From Yuukianura sp. NJ FZ-2021 (Eukaryota), in contig JAJCTO010000010.1 of NCBI GenBank assembly GCA_046563655.1, positions 806,001-870,000 of the forward strand: a DNA stretch of 64,000 nt. The letters run 5' to 3'. Of the stretch, positions 1-11,020 are shown piece after piece. The notes beneath the pieces were generated by a model, which saw only the letters and a list, made by a program, of their open reading frames with translations, did no database searches and was not told where the DNA came from. Positions within the stretch are counted from its first letter, which is position 1, and every line of letters begins with the position of its first letter. The position numbers and the translations under genes are program-made.

Positions 1-584
1 GTTAATTCATAAGCCCAAGCGTTGAATGATACACACAAGAAAATTCGGAAGATGAATAAAAATTTAGCAGAAGCATAAATTCTTTATTTTCAACGTTTGA
101 ATGTTTGAGTATTTTAATCTATGTAGTAGGTTAATCTATTTGCCACTTTCGTTAAAACATGGAATAGGATTCCAAATCCTTCATCAACCGTAAAGTTTTC
201 AATCATACACATGTTTTCGTAAAATATATAAATAAATCAGCAGAAAACAGATCCTTTTTGTTTTGTTCAAACACGAAATTGAAATTTGTTTTTCTATAAT
301 CGGGAATTTAAACTCTTAAATATGAAATAAGCTTTTTTCACCCTCCTTCTCATTAGGATCTGTTTTGTTTGAACCCCCTTGTACCCTACTAGGAGGAACT
401 CTCGTTCAGCAGTGTGAAAGAAAGAGACAAAAAATAAAAATACACACACACACACAGCTCCAATTTAGAGCTAACGAACTCTGATTCATTTCTTCGTGTT
501 TATTCAAAACAATTCTATGGGTCCTTATTGTTTCATGTTAAAAACATGTTGATTCAGAACCATGTTGAATTTGACATTATCTTT

Positions 585-1187
585 TCACTCACGATCTGAA
601 TAATATGTATAGTAGTACTCAAAGAGTTGTGGATTTGATAGTGAAGATTTACAGTCCAAGAGGGTTAGCTCATTGTTGATATAATTATGGTATGAATTAT
701 CAAGTAGCTCAGCCAAGCAGGTAGTAGTTACAGCATGATCAAAGGACTTTCCAAAAATCGCAGTTGCTAAGTCATCGAACTTGCTGCCAAAGAATTGAAT
801 AAGATAGAGACGAATGTATTTCTGCCATTCTCTTTGAGTGTTCTGAAATAAAATGTTAGATTGCTGTGAAAGAAGTACTCGTGCAGCCGAGAGTCGAACA
901 CAATTAAAGAAGAAAACACGAGCGAATTCCCAGTTTTTGATCTTTGCAGAATCAGTAAGTGGATAGGTGAGCTTTATTTTCTGAAATACTTTTCTAATTA
1001 TCTTAACAACACATTTGTCTGACGGAGAACCGTATGGTGCCATTTTTTTCCTAAGTCTGATTTTGGTATAGTGAATGTCTGACTTTTTGTTGGGAACTGA
1101 CTCGCTACTAGTGCAATGTCTCCATTTATAGCTGTACAAACATGCTGAAAGGGAGCAGGGAGTGACTGCTAACTTCTCAAGCGACAC
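585..1187 (-). CDS. Hypothetical protein, probable Polinton accessory gene; may have an upstream exon
   Basis: 200-aa ORF with no recognised motif. A gtaagg...ttttctgtag intron-like segment (about 1244-1188, minus) lies immediately upstream. Confidence 0.35.
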   Translation of the reverse strand: MSLEKLAVTPCSLSACLYSYKWRHCTSSESVPNKKSDIHYTKIRLRKKMAPYGSPSDKCVVKIIRKVFQKIKLTYPLTDSAKIKNWEFARVFFFNCVRLSAARVLLSQQSNILFQNTQREWQKYIRLYLIQFFGSKFDDLATAIFGKSFDHAVTTTCLAELLDNSYHNYINNELTLLDCKSSLSNPQLFEYYYTYYSDRE

Positions 1188-1248
1188 CTACAGAAAAAAA
1201 AATAGCTCGCAGAATTAACAAAGAAACTTATTTTTGTACCTTACAACG

Positions 1249-1761
1249 TCAATGGTGATTAAGATGTTCTAGAATTATCTCCTTCCATTTTTTGGTTGAT
1301 TTTATCATTTTAAATACGAAGTCCGCAAATATACGTTTTATGTCAAAGATGTTAGCGGCAAAGTTGGCAACGCAGTGTGCTGCAAAGTCGTCAGCGACAT
1401 TTCTTGCATCCTCAGAAGCCATGCATAATATAGTATGCATGGCTTTGGTTGCCTGTATTGAGCTGTCAAATTGCATGACGATGGCTAGCACATGTTCCTG
1501 AAAAATAATTTCTGCGCCAACTTTCGTGCAACATATTTTGAAGTAATCCGTGAATTCTGAAAATGCCCTTTTCAGATGCTTCCTTTGGGGCTCGCTCAGT
1601 GTCGTGCACCACTTTTCGTAAAGTTCATCGTCAAATATAATTAACTTTGTCGGTTCTCCTACTGCACTTTCGATAAGTTTTAAAATTTCGTTAGAGTCGG
1701 TAAGACTGGTTTCACCAATCTTAGCCGCACCGTCCGGTGTGCTGATGGAGTAGGAGTTCAT
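1249..1761 (-). CDS. Hypothetical helical protein, Polinton accessory family (related to 24153..24548)
   Basis: AFSEFTDYFKICCTKVGAEIIFQEH aligns without gaps to ALDNFVDYTQQIRTKEGCSKIFTEY. Confidence 0.5.
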   Translation of the reverse strand: MNSYSISTPDGAAKIGETSLTDSNEILKLIESAVGEPTKLIIFDDELYEKWCTTLSEPQRKHLKRAFSEFTDYFKICCTKVGAEIIFQEHVLAIVMQFDSSIQATKAMHTILCMASEDARNVADDFAAHCVANFAANIFDIKRIFADFVFKMIKSTKKWKEIILEHLNHH

Positions 1762-2017
1762 TTTGTTAGACTGATGAATGTAAGGAAATCCAAAGTTCCT
1801 TATAAGTCAATTTTAAATTGAGTTAGCTGCATGATCTTCAGTAGAGAATATCTCTAAGTCACCAACTCCACAAGTTTTTTAAATGGTTAAATTAAAAGCC
1901 CCTTGAAAATGTCTTTTTGTCTCTTTTGCGTTTGCCTTCATGTCTCACTTTTTAATTGAGTTAAGTAGAATGTATTCAGTAAAGTACACCAAAATCCCAC
2001 AGGATTTAGATTATTAT

Positions 2018-2489
2018 CAGAGATGTCAAAAATATTTTTTATCAATATTTTAAATGTTTTCAATATTTCGGCCTTTTTAGTCAATACAAAATATTTACTT
2101 TTTAGTAAATATTTAAATCAATATTTCACCGATTTCGAGAAATATTCACTAAAAAATCAGAATTGGATCGGCTCATGTATAAAGTAAAAAATTTTACAAA
2201 CTAAATTTTAACACAAGGAAGTCTACCCTAAGGTTACTTTTGATTCGGGAGTTTCTGCTGTAATTCCACAGCTAACAAAACAATAGAAAAACTATATTTC
2301 TTCATAATCTGACACTTATACTTGTTCAAGGTTATGTTTTATTCTAATGTTACATTGTGGCAGAGTCCATCAGTACGTATTATTAGCAAATATTAGTAAA
2401 TATTTTCATCAATATTTGAGCAGTTTTTAGTAAATAAATAAATAAATAAATATTCCGGTCTTTTATAGAAAATATTTTTGACATCTCTG
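2018..2489. mobile_element. 472-bp MITE (hAT- or P-like)
   Basis: TIRs cagagatgtcaaaaatatttt / aaaatatttttgacatctctg. 8-bp TSD attattat at 2010-2017 and 2490-2497. AT-rich non-coding interior. Confidence 0.85.
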
Positions 2490-2785
2490 ATTATTATAGC
2501 CTTGAGACTAGTCTCCTAATTTCTGAGTTTTTAATTGTCTTAATCAGTGACTTCAGCAAAATCGTCTAAAATAAAATAATCCTTGTGAAAGCCATTGGTC
2601 TAGCAATGAAATTGTGGTCAACTAGGGTGAAGACGTTAGACCTACACAAAACGACATTAAGTGTCAACGCTTTATTACTTAAGTCCAGTTGATCCATCTC
2701 CAACACATCTGATTTTGACACTGTAGACATTCACTATACTTTGTCATTTCAAAATTCCGAAGTATCAATTTTGCTTTTGCTACCA

Positions 2786-3172
2786 ATGGAACAAGGAATT
2801 ATTTCAGCAATTCTTGCTCTTCAAGAGGAACTTGTTCAGTTAGAACGAATTCAACTGAGAGAAGCCACTAAAGAGCTTTATAACACCAAGGATGCACTTT
2901 ACAAACTGAGAACTGTAGTCGTAGAAAAAGAGAACGAAATTAGTTTTCAAGCAAGAGTAAGCATTTCCATTGTCAGAGGCGTATGTATTGTCTTTATTTT
3001 TTCTTTTTTTTATATCCACTTTGTTAGAATCCTGAAACTGGAAGATGAATTGAAAAATGAGAGGAATGCAAGCGAGATGTGGGTTAAGGATGCAGGAGAA
3101 GTGTTTGCAAAACTTTGTGAAATAATACAGACTCCACGCATTTTAAATCCAACCATGAACCCATCTAAATGA
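2786..3172 (+). pseudogene. Small coiled-coil protein gene with one intron (2957-3027), frameshifted copy
   Basis: gtaagc...ttgttag intron. Splicing restores the frame (EITVFKQE|ILKLEDELK) only with the extra 2 nt present in the duplicate at about 3410-3420. Confidence 0.45.
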
Positions 3173-4185
3173 CAATTTTTGAAGCTTGTCAAGTGAATTA
3201 CACGTAATTGTTCAGCAATTAGGCCTAACCTTTTCCCAAAAAACACAATCTGATATAAATAAAATTATTGTGTAAACGGCTTGTGTAATTTGAAGCTTGC
3301 TGGAATAAAATATAATTGTTCTGAAATTTTTTTAATTGATATATCAAGAGGAACTTGTTCCGTTACGAATTCAACTGAGAGAACTGTAGTCGTAGAAAAA
3401 GAGAACGAAATTACAGTTTTCAAGCAAGAGTAAGCATTTCCATTGTCAGAGGCGTATGTATTGTCTTTATTTTTTCTTTTTTTATATTCACTTTGTTAGA
3501 ATCCTGAAACTAGAAGATGAATTGAAAAATGAGAGGAATGCAAGCGAGATGTGGGTTAAGGATGTGGGAGAAGTGTTTGCAAAACTTTGTGAAATAATAC
3601 AGACTCCACGCATTTTACATCCAACCATGAACCCATCTAAATGAGAATTTTTGAAGCTTGTCAAGTGAATTACACGTAATTGTTCAGCAATTAGGCCTAA
3701 CCTTTTCCCAAAAAACACAATCTGAAATAAATAAAATTATTGTGTAAACGGCTTGTGTAATTTGAAGCTTGCTGGAATAAAATATAATTGTTCTGAAATT
3801 TTTTAATTTATATAAAAATTTAATTTATAATATAATAAAAATTAATTTATTTTTTCACACATTTAATATCGATGTGAACATTCAATCTTCCTTTCAAGTT
3901 TCAAGGTTCGATTAGTCGCGGGTTAAAAGCAGCAAGATTTTGTTTTCACTAATTTACCATATGATTCTGAAATTACAAGAGGCGGAAAACTGCTAGAGAT
4001 GTGCTTGTAAAACTAGTGAAATATTCCGCACTGTTTACGATCAGTCTCAGCCTCATTTGAAGCTTGCTGCAATAAAATATAATTGTTCTGAAATTTTTTT
4101 AACATATTTATTTTTACACACATTTAATATCGATGTGAACATTCAATCTTTCTTTCAAGTTCCAAGGTTCGATTAGTCACGGGTC
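2820..4185. repeat. Local tandem duplication (about 470-bp offset) plus a partial third copy
   Basis: 2820-3335 is near-identical to 3345-3805 apart from an internal deletion. 4058-4183 repeats parts of 3760-3923. Confidence 0.85.
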
Positions 4186-4496
4186 TGCGGTTTTACATTG
4201 CTACGAGAAGCTCAAGCGCGACATGTGAATAGAAATTGAGGTCTTAAGTTTTAATTACCATATGTGCAAAATAGCTCATGGGGTTTGGTGCTTGTTCTTG
4301 CCAAACCTTATGCAGTTTTGGCGGTTTTTCGCACGAGATTCCTTCATGCCGCTGAAAAGCTTATGTTTCCAAAGGTTGATTTGGAAGTCTTAATTAGTCT
4401 TAATTAATCTGTCTTGTAGGATCTCACGCCAGTGGGTTTTAAACCTTATGGGTCCAAAGGTCGATTTGGCGTGAAAGTCCGTCCTATCTATCTACT

Positions 4497-5479
4497 TTGT
4501 GACTTTTCTTCTTTTGGCTAGGACCAGGTCCAAAACCAATCTGAGTAAGTGCCCGTTGTTCCTTGTTGCCCGCTTCTCTCTTCAGAAATGCCAGTAGGAA
4601 ATCAAGTTCACTCTTCGGTGGGTTCTCCTTGGAACCATCACGCCCAAAGTCGGAACTTCGTTGCCATGCAACCAAAATGTCCTCCGGCAAGCAGGATTCC
4701 ACCATAGGAAACAACAGTTCAACCATGTTGTCAACACTTACACCAAGGGACTGTGGAGACTGAAGAGAAGCTTCTAATTTCCCATAAAGGATATCCAATG
4801 GCTTCTTCTCCTTCGCCCAAGTGTCCCACATCAACTTCATTAATTCTCGAACATACACGTGTTTCAGCAGTTTCGGATTCCCGAACCTCTCCTTTAGTGC
4901 CTCCAATGCCTTTGGGTAGTTCTCGGCCGACTCAGGGTACCGCTTGACTACTTCTTCTGCCTTGGATCCTCGCACCATACACTGAACGAGATACCCGAAC
5001 TTGTCCACAACGTGTATTTCGTCATCGTCGTCAATCTTCTTGAATTGAGACCACCATCCAATCCAGTCGATCAGCTCTCCAGAGTACTTCCGTAACTCTG
5101 TCTTGGGTAATTTCATCTTCCTATGTCGGCTGGTGGACGATGCGTCATCATTATTAGACGAACGATTCTGTGACTTGGTCGGTGGATGGAGAATCTTCTG
5201 CGCTTCAATCTTCACTAACGTAGCTCTTTTCTTGAAGTCATTGTTGACACGCCACTCCGTGTGCAACGTCTCTGGGGTTGATGATTCGTCATCCAAAAGA
5301 AAAGTCAACATCTGTTCATGAAGATCCGCCAATCTCTCCACTGCATCATCCAGCATCGTTACAGCCGCGATGACGTCATTTTCGGAAACCGATTCCCTTT
5401 TCAATTCGGACTCCAAATTCGCGATTAGGTCCGTCACGCCAAGTCTCTGTAGATCTCTTGCTTTCTTAGCACGATCCAT
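4497..5479 (-). pseudogene. gag: BEL/Pao gag (DUF1759-like), 3'-truncated by the Polinton terminus
   Basis: Motifs MKLPKTELRKYSGELIDWIGWWSQF, DKFGYLVQCM, ENYPKALEALKERFG, LFPMVESCLPEDILVAWQR. The last codons of the ORF read into the Polinton end. Confidence 0.85.
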
Positions 5480-5602
5480 GTCTCAAAACAAGATTCAAAC
5501 AAAACCAAAATTAGTGAAAATACTAATAATCGTCACTGGAGCGACAATCACCTTGCTTAACCACACTCCGGCAGTGGTCGCCTCTACGTATACTGTTGTT
5601 TA

Positions 5603-7009
5603 GCGTGTGTCTGCTGGGCCACTGCAGTGACTAAACAAAATACATTAGCCATATTGCAAAAGGTGCAAAGGGGAGCACTGCTCAACATAACAGGGGCAAT
5701 GCATTCCACACCAACTGCGAGCATGGAATGTATTATTGACATACGCCCAATTGACCTGCATATCATGACACTATGCATTAAAACAATGCTAAGGTTGATT
5801 GAGCACAAAGATTGGCTACCATGGAAATCGATGGGGCTACTGAAAAGAAATACACACATAAAACAATGTGAGGAATGGAGAAATAAACTTCCACTTCTCC
5901 TGCTCCCAATCGAAACAAAAATAATTAACAAAGCAGAACCAAAATACAATATAATAATAAAAAACCGTAAACTCTGGGAAAGAGACGGGGAGCCGAAGCG
6001 CAGCGCTGAAGTTCTCCAGATCTTTACCGACGGATCAAAAATAAACTCCGCTGGCGCTGCTTATGTAGTGCTCAATGAAAACGCAATACTCCAAAGTGAA
6101 ATTCATCCACTTAGATACAGAACAAGTGTCTTTCAGGCTGAGGCGTACGCCCTACTCTCAGCCGCCACTTGGATTGAAAACACACTGTCTACAGACAAAC
6201 CAGAATATAAGCACATAACACTCGTAGAAATATACATAGACAACCAAGGCGTTGTGAAATGCCTAATGGGCAAAAATGATGAGAGTACAACCCTCATCTA
6301 CGAATCTCACAGAACTCTCAACAAAATTAATTTGATATGCCCAGTAAATGTTAACTGGATACCAGCACATAGTGGATATGTAGGCAACGAAATAGTAGAC
6401 AGCTTAGCGAAGGCGGCTGCTTACACAAAATTTGTCGGGCCAGAACCGATATTACCAATCCCATACAGTACAATAGAAACTGAAATCAGGGACTATGCTA
6501 GAACCTATGCAAAAAGATGGCAAGCACAACAAGGATGTAAGGACTCCAAAAAAGTACTTACAACAATATGTACTAAAAACGCTAAGCACTGCTTAAAACT
6601 GAATAAAGCAGATCTAAAATCTCTTACAGCATTGATCACAGGACATGGTCAATATGCCAAACACCTCCACAGGATGGGAGTCGCAGAGTCGCCGTTATGT
6701 CCACACTGTGGATATAAGGAGGAGACTCGCGATCACCTACTGATGGAATGTGGGGCACACATAAACCCAAGGCTCAAGGCATTTGGGATACACCTCTTGA
6801 GAAAAGAGGATCTTAAAAATACTTCTCTCTCTGAACTGACGGAATTCCTCCGACAACTAAATAGAGCGAAAGTTAGAGGTGGGAGAGTTAATCCCTGAAA
6901 TTAAATTGGTGTTACGGAGAGCGCGAAATAGGCCCGGTAGTGCGCCTCATCGCCGTGATCCTCTTTGTGCCTAATGCACCTAGAGATCCCTCTGAAAAAC
7001 ATACATACA
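5603..7009 (+). mobile_element. 5'-truncated non-LTR retrotransposon (Loa/R1-like; RNase H plus C-terminal Cys/His motif) in the BEL 5' UTR
   Basis: 14-bp TSD tatactgttgttta at 5589-5602 and 7010-7023. (CATA)n tail. Confidence 0.85.
5627..6898 (+). CDS. LINE ORF2 C-terminal fragment (RT thumb end, RNase H, zinc knuckle)
   Basis: IFTDGSK, SVFQAE, IYIDNQ, WIPAHSGYVGNEIVDSLAK; TGH...HL...CPHCG...ETRDHLLMEC. Confidence 0.85.
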   Translation: MTKQNTLAILQKVQRGALLNITGAMHSTPTASMECIIDIRPIDLHIMTLCIKTMLRLIEHKDWLPWKSMGLLKRNTHIKQCEEWRNKLPLLLLPIETKIINKAEPKYNIIIKNRKLWERDGEPKRSAEVLQIFTDGSKINSAGAAYVVLNENAILQSEIHPLRYRTSVFQAEAYALLSAATWIENTLSTDKPEYKHITLVEIYIDNQGVVKCLMGKNDESTTLIYESHRTLNKINLICPVNVNWIPAHSGYVGNEIVDSLAKAAAYTKFVGPEPILPIPYSTIETEIRDYARTYAKRWQAQQGCKDSKKVLTTICTKNAKHCLKLNKADLKSLTALITGHGQYAKHLHRMGVAESPLCPHCGYKEETRDHLLMECGAHINPRLKAFGIHLLRKEDLKNTSLSELTEFLRQLNRAKVRGGRVNP

Positions 7010-7111
7010 TATACTGTTGTTTATAAGTGATGTCCAGTGATCCTTCCAGAACGATCCTCCAAGGCGGCGTGGATCCAACAACTCCAAGTTTACTCCGAGG
7101 GTCACCACAAA

Positions 7112-7595
7112 TGTAGAATATGGCGCTAAAAAACTACCCGTTCTTTACGCCACATCAATGGGAGTTCTGTAACTTGGCCGGCTCTCAAACGCTGCTTAAA
7201 TGGACTGATCGTTCGGGCTGTGATGAATGTTAGTTTTACTAGTTTATTAGTATTCTTTACCAATTAAATCCAATTAATGACAACTTAGAACTTAACTTAT
7301 GTGTTGTCTCTTCAAAGTCTGAATCTTGTCTTTTTTCTTACTTATTACTATACATCGGATTCTTAAGATATTCTTACTAACGAGTTGAGTGAGGAAGCTT
7401 TGTCAGGGTTAGCTAGAAGCTCGATACACGCGATTTGAACGTTTTTGAACGTAAGAATAAGCAATGATAAATAAGATTTCCATGTTTTAAATAAGAAAGA
7501 ATCTTTACAAAGAATTCCGGCCATTTTCCGATATTTTACCAGGAATTCGGGCATTATCCCGAGGTTTTGACAAGAATTCGGGCACATTTCCGACA
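7112..7595 (-). repeat. Probable 5' LTR of the BEL element, with PBS at about 7095-7107
   Basis: Minus strand reads TGTCGG...TACA, then tttgTGGTGACCCTCGG. Internal AATAAA present. The outer boundary is uncertain because no partner LTR is in the window. Confidence 0.5.
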
Positions 7596-8308
7596 TTTAC
7601 GAGAGTGAATGTCAAAATTTCTTTTTTTCTGAAAAAATGTTGCCCAAAGTAGAAAAGTATTTAGCATTTCCACAGTATTCATCGTTTGAGCCCTCGTTTA
7701 TCTTCAATTTCCTGAATTCCAACTTGACGAAACTGAATACAAACACTAAATTTCGCCTCGAAATCGTTGGGAACTATCGAGACAATCAGTATTTGTGTTT
7801 GTTAATGAACATTTGGTTGATTATGTTGATTATTTTACCCTGATTTTTCTTTAAAAGGCACAATCTTTTTAAAAAGATTTTTGGCGTTTTTCGTAAGAAT
7901 TGAAAGAAAGATTTTTGCAATTTTTGGAAAGAAAGAATCCGATGTATACTTATTACTTATGCCTATGCTTATGGGAACACACACAAGGAGGGAGAGGAAG
8001 AAACACATAATAGCCGAAGGCCAGACGCCAGACACTAACGTCGCACCCTATCTCCACCCACTACTCAGAAACGCGACTTGTGGCGAAGCTATAACTTATA
8101 GGAAACACTCTAAATACTTAAACCTATAGGCCCACAAAGTTTCACAAAAAACTGACCTTTCGTTTCAAAGGGCGGGAAACTTAAAGTTATGCTTAACTAA
8201 AAATAGAAATAACCCAATTATCCTACATCGTCAAATGGAGAATACAAAATAATTGCTCGAGAAACGACAAAAGAAAACACGGAACCAGATTACGTCAATC
8301 TTGAGCAG

Positions 8309-9131
8309 TTGTCAATTAAAGAAGATCCTGGAAATGACTCAACAGAGAAAGCGGAAAATTCCAGCACAAGTGGACCTACGCTGAGAAGATCAGCTCGGCT
8401 CAAAAATCAAGCGACAAAATATCAAATGTTTGTCAAGAAAACAGTGCCTTCCAGCTACAAAGAGGCCATCACATCAGAAGAGGTTGATGAGTGGCAAGAA
8501 GCGATGGAAGATGAGTTTCGGAGCCAACTTCAAAACAAAACATGCATTCTCGTCTCCAGACCACTAAATCGCAAAATACTCAAAAATCGTTGGGTATTTC
8601 GGATCAAAAATAACCCTGATGGGTCAATTGAAAAATACAAAGCCAGGCTAGTAGTCAAAGGCTTTAGTCAAGTCGAAGGAGTGGACTATGAAGAAACTTT
8701 CGCTCCTGTCTGCCGCTACGAGACGATCCGAATGATGCTAGCCCTAGCAGCACAAGAAGGGTGGAATATGACTCAGTTTGACATTACCACAGCATTTCTC
8801 AACAGTACTCTGGATGAAGAAATTTACATGGAGCAACCAGAAGGGATTGAAGTTCAAGGGATTAGTGCTTACGGGGACAATCTCGTTTGTCTACTCAAGA
8901 AGGGGTTGTATGGACTGAAACAAGCCCCTCGATGCTGGAATCACACGCTTAATTCGGAGCTTCAGAAATTGGGCTTTCTCCCGCTGACATCAGACTATTG
9001 TGTCTACAAGAAAGTGGACAACGGAACTATCACTTTCTTCATCATTTACGTGGACGATGGAATCATAATGGGGAATGATGCCAAAGCAAATCACCGCCTT
9101 CTAACTGATTTGCAGAAGATTTTTAAACTGA
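8309..9131 (+). pseudogene. pol: Ty1/Copia reverse transcriptase, 5' part (interrupted)
   Basis: RWVFRIK, YKARLVVKGFSQ, DYEETFAPV, FDITTAFLN, LYGLKQAPRCW, IYVDD. Confidence 0.92.
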
Positions 9132-9754
9132 TAAGAGGAGGTAGACTCCTCAACGGGCCGCCGTGCAGGCACCCGGAATGATGGGTCAAGGAACGGGTCA
9201 CGAGAGTGACCCGGAACAATAAATCAGACGTGGAGTGGGCGGATAATGGGGGAAACAAAATAATGTTTATTTAAATAAAGAAAAACGAGAAAAACGAAAA
9301 GAACCAATATGTTGTGGGTGTGTCCGGTGGTTTTGGGTCGTGTCCAGTGCTTGGTGGGTCTTGTCCAGTGCTTCGTGGGTCTTGTCCAGTGGTGGTTGGG
9401 GTCACGGCGTGGTCCACTGACCGAGAAGAAGTATGGCTGCCGGTGGAGAGAGCTGAGTCGTGGACTGGACGGCTCGGTAACTGGAGGGAGACTGCCAGGA
9501 GGAAGTGGGGATTTGGCTTCTGCCTGTGAACAGGCAGAAGTTTCTAGAATCTTCTAGAAGGTGGTTTTGGGGGATTCGGGAAGGGGGAAAAACACACGGC
9601 GAAGTGGGGGGAACTCCTTGTCATGTTCCTTTTCAGGAACATGGCAAGGGCTAGTGGGAAAATTCAGTGGACATGGGGAGGAGTCTTGGTTTCATTCGAA
9701 ACCAAGACTAAAAAGAAACGAATTTCGGACGGGAGAGGGAGTAACCTCCTCACA
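9132..9754 (-). repeat. 3' LTR of Gypsy 1
   Basis: Direct repeat of 19276-19897 with several substitutions and small indels. Contains a 21-bp tandem repeat (tgtccagtgcttggtgggtct). Confidence 0.95.
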
Positions 9755-9819
9755 TGTCCCCAACGACTGTCAGCCGACCCGGCGACATCACACGGGCGAC
9801 TGGCAGCGGGACAGAGGCT

Positions 9820-10986
9820 CTACTTGGGGGGATTTTGGGGTTGACGGTTGGGGTTTTGGGAGCTCGAAGCCCAGAATTGAGCTCGACGCCGATGGCGGGG
9901 AGGTGGAGGGGGCATCGGAGGGGGATTTGGAGGTGGAGGGGGAATTGGGGCTGGAGCTGGGGCTGGTGCTTGTGGCGGTGCTGGAACGGAGGGGGAAACC
10001 AATTGGGGGGAAGTAGCATTTTGGGGGGAACTGCCAAAAGTGACAGTAACGGAAGTAACACCAGTGGGGATTAGGGTGTAAAGGAGTCCATAACCAGGGA
10101 AATTTGAGGGCAAAAGTGTGGAAAGGTTATGTGGCGAAGAAATGGTGATGGAAGTGCCGGAATTTGGGGAAGGTACTTGGGAAGTGACAGATAGCATGGG
10201 AGAAACGGAAGTAGAAGCCGAATTAGAGGAAGTGACTGTAGTGGGAGTTGGAACTGAAGTAACTGGGGCAGGAATGGAACGAGATGTGGTAGGAATTGGG
10301 GGAATTGAAGCAGAGGAAGACTGAATTGGTGGGAAAAGTGGTTGTGGGCGAATTGGTGGGACAAGTGGACGTGGTGGGTATGGAGTGGGGCGGGAACTGG
10401 AAGATCCAGCTTTGGGGAGTTTTGGTGGGCCATCAGGGAATTTCAAATCCATAAGAGAGGGAACTTTAGCGGCCGCACCTCTCTTAAGAATTGAAGTGGG
10501 AACGGTTTTTGAGCCGCTGGGACGGGAATTGGGGTTCAAACAGGATTTGGGGGGAACAACGACAACAGATCGGAGCTTTGGGGTTACAGAAGATGAGGGT
10601 GGGGCAGAAACCATCTCTTGGAGGCTACGGAGGGAACCGTGTGCTTGGGTAGAAGAGTGGGGCAGTAGTTGGGGGGTCTTGGGGGGAGTCTTCGGAGGGG
10701 CAGGAGAATCCCAATCAACATCGGCAGCGTCCATTGGCGTCGGAGCAGCATTTTGAGTAGGAGTTGAAGTAGACGGAGTTGGTAGTGGCGGAGACACGAC
10801 AACGATTGGTGCTGGAGGAGCTGGGAAGGCGATGACAGTGGTTGGAGACGAAGATGACGACGAATCCGAAGAGGAAGGCGAATTCGGAGGCGGTGGTGAT
10901 GCTCGTAGCAACGCTTCTTCTTCCTCTTTGGCCAGATCAACTTCAGCGATGCCTTCTTCAGGCCCAAGGTCCATCTCCTCGTCCAT
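9820..10986 (-). CDS. Gypsy 1 ORF3: acidic N-terminus and Pro/Ser/Thr-rich low-complexity protein
   Basis: Open frame of about 388 aa between pol and the 3' LTR. ATG preceded by acceptor-like tttttatatatttgcag. Confidence 0.6.
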   Translation of the reverse strand: MDEEMDLGPEEGIAEVDLAKEEEEALLRASPPPPNSPSSSDSSSSSSPTTVIAFPAPPAPIVVVSPPLPTPSTSTPTQNAAPTPMDAADVDWDSPAPPKTPPKTPQLLPHSSTQAHGSLRSLQEMVSAPPSSSVTPKLRSVVVVPPKSCLNPNSRPSGSKTVPTSILKRGAAAKVPSLMDLKFPDGPPKLPKAGSSSSRPTPYPPRPLVPPIRPQPLFPPIQSSSASIPPIPTTSRSIPAPVTSVPTPTTVTSSNSASTSVSPMLSVTSQVPSPNSGTSITISSPHNLSTLLPSNFPGYGLLYTLIPTGVTSVTVTFGSSPQNATSPQLVSPSVPAPPQAPAPAPAPIPPPPPNPPPMPPPPPRHRRRAQFWASSSQNPNRQPQNPPK

Positions 10987-11020
10987 CTGCAAATATATAA
11001 AAAGAACAGTATGAGTAAAA

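Larger units (their letters stand above)
1..4496. mobile_element. Right arm and terminus of Polinton/Maverick-like element A, inserted into a BEL gag
   Basis: Ends ...cttatgggtccaaaggtcgatttg...gtcctatctatctact (4496), i.e. 5'-AGTAG on the minus strand. This matches the terminus at 24860 that follows the capsid/protease module. ORF 1249..1761 resembles ORF 24153..24548. Left boundary lies outside the window or is unresolved. Confidence 0.6.

Noticed and set aside
9820..10992. Retroviral-type env in Gypsy 1
   Set aside because: No signal peptide, fusion-peptide context or C-terminal TM anchor is visible.
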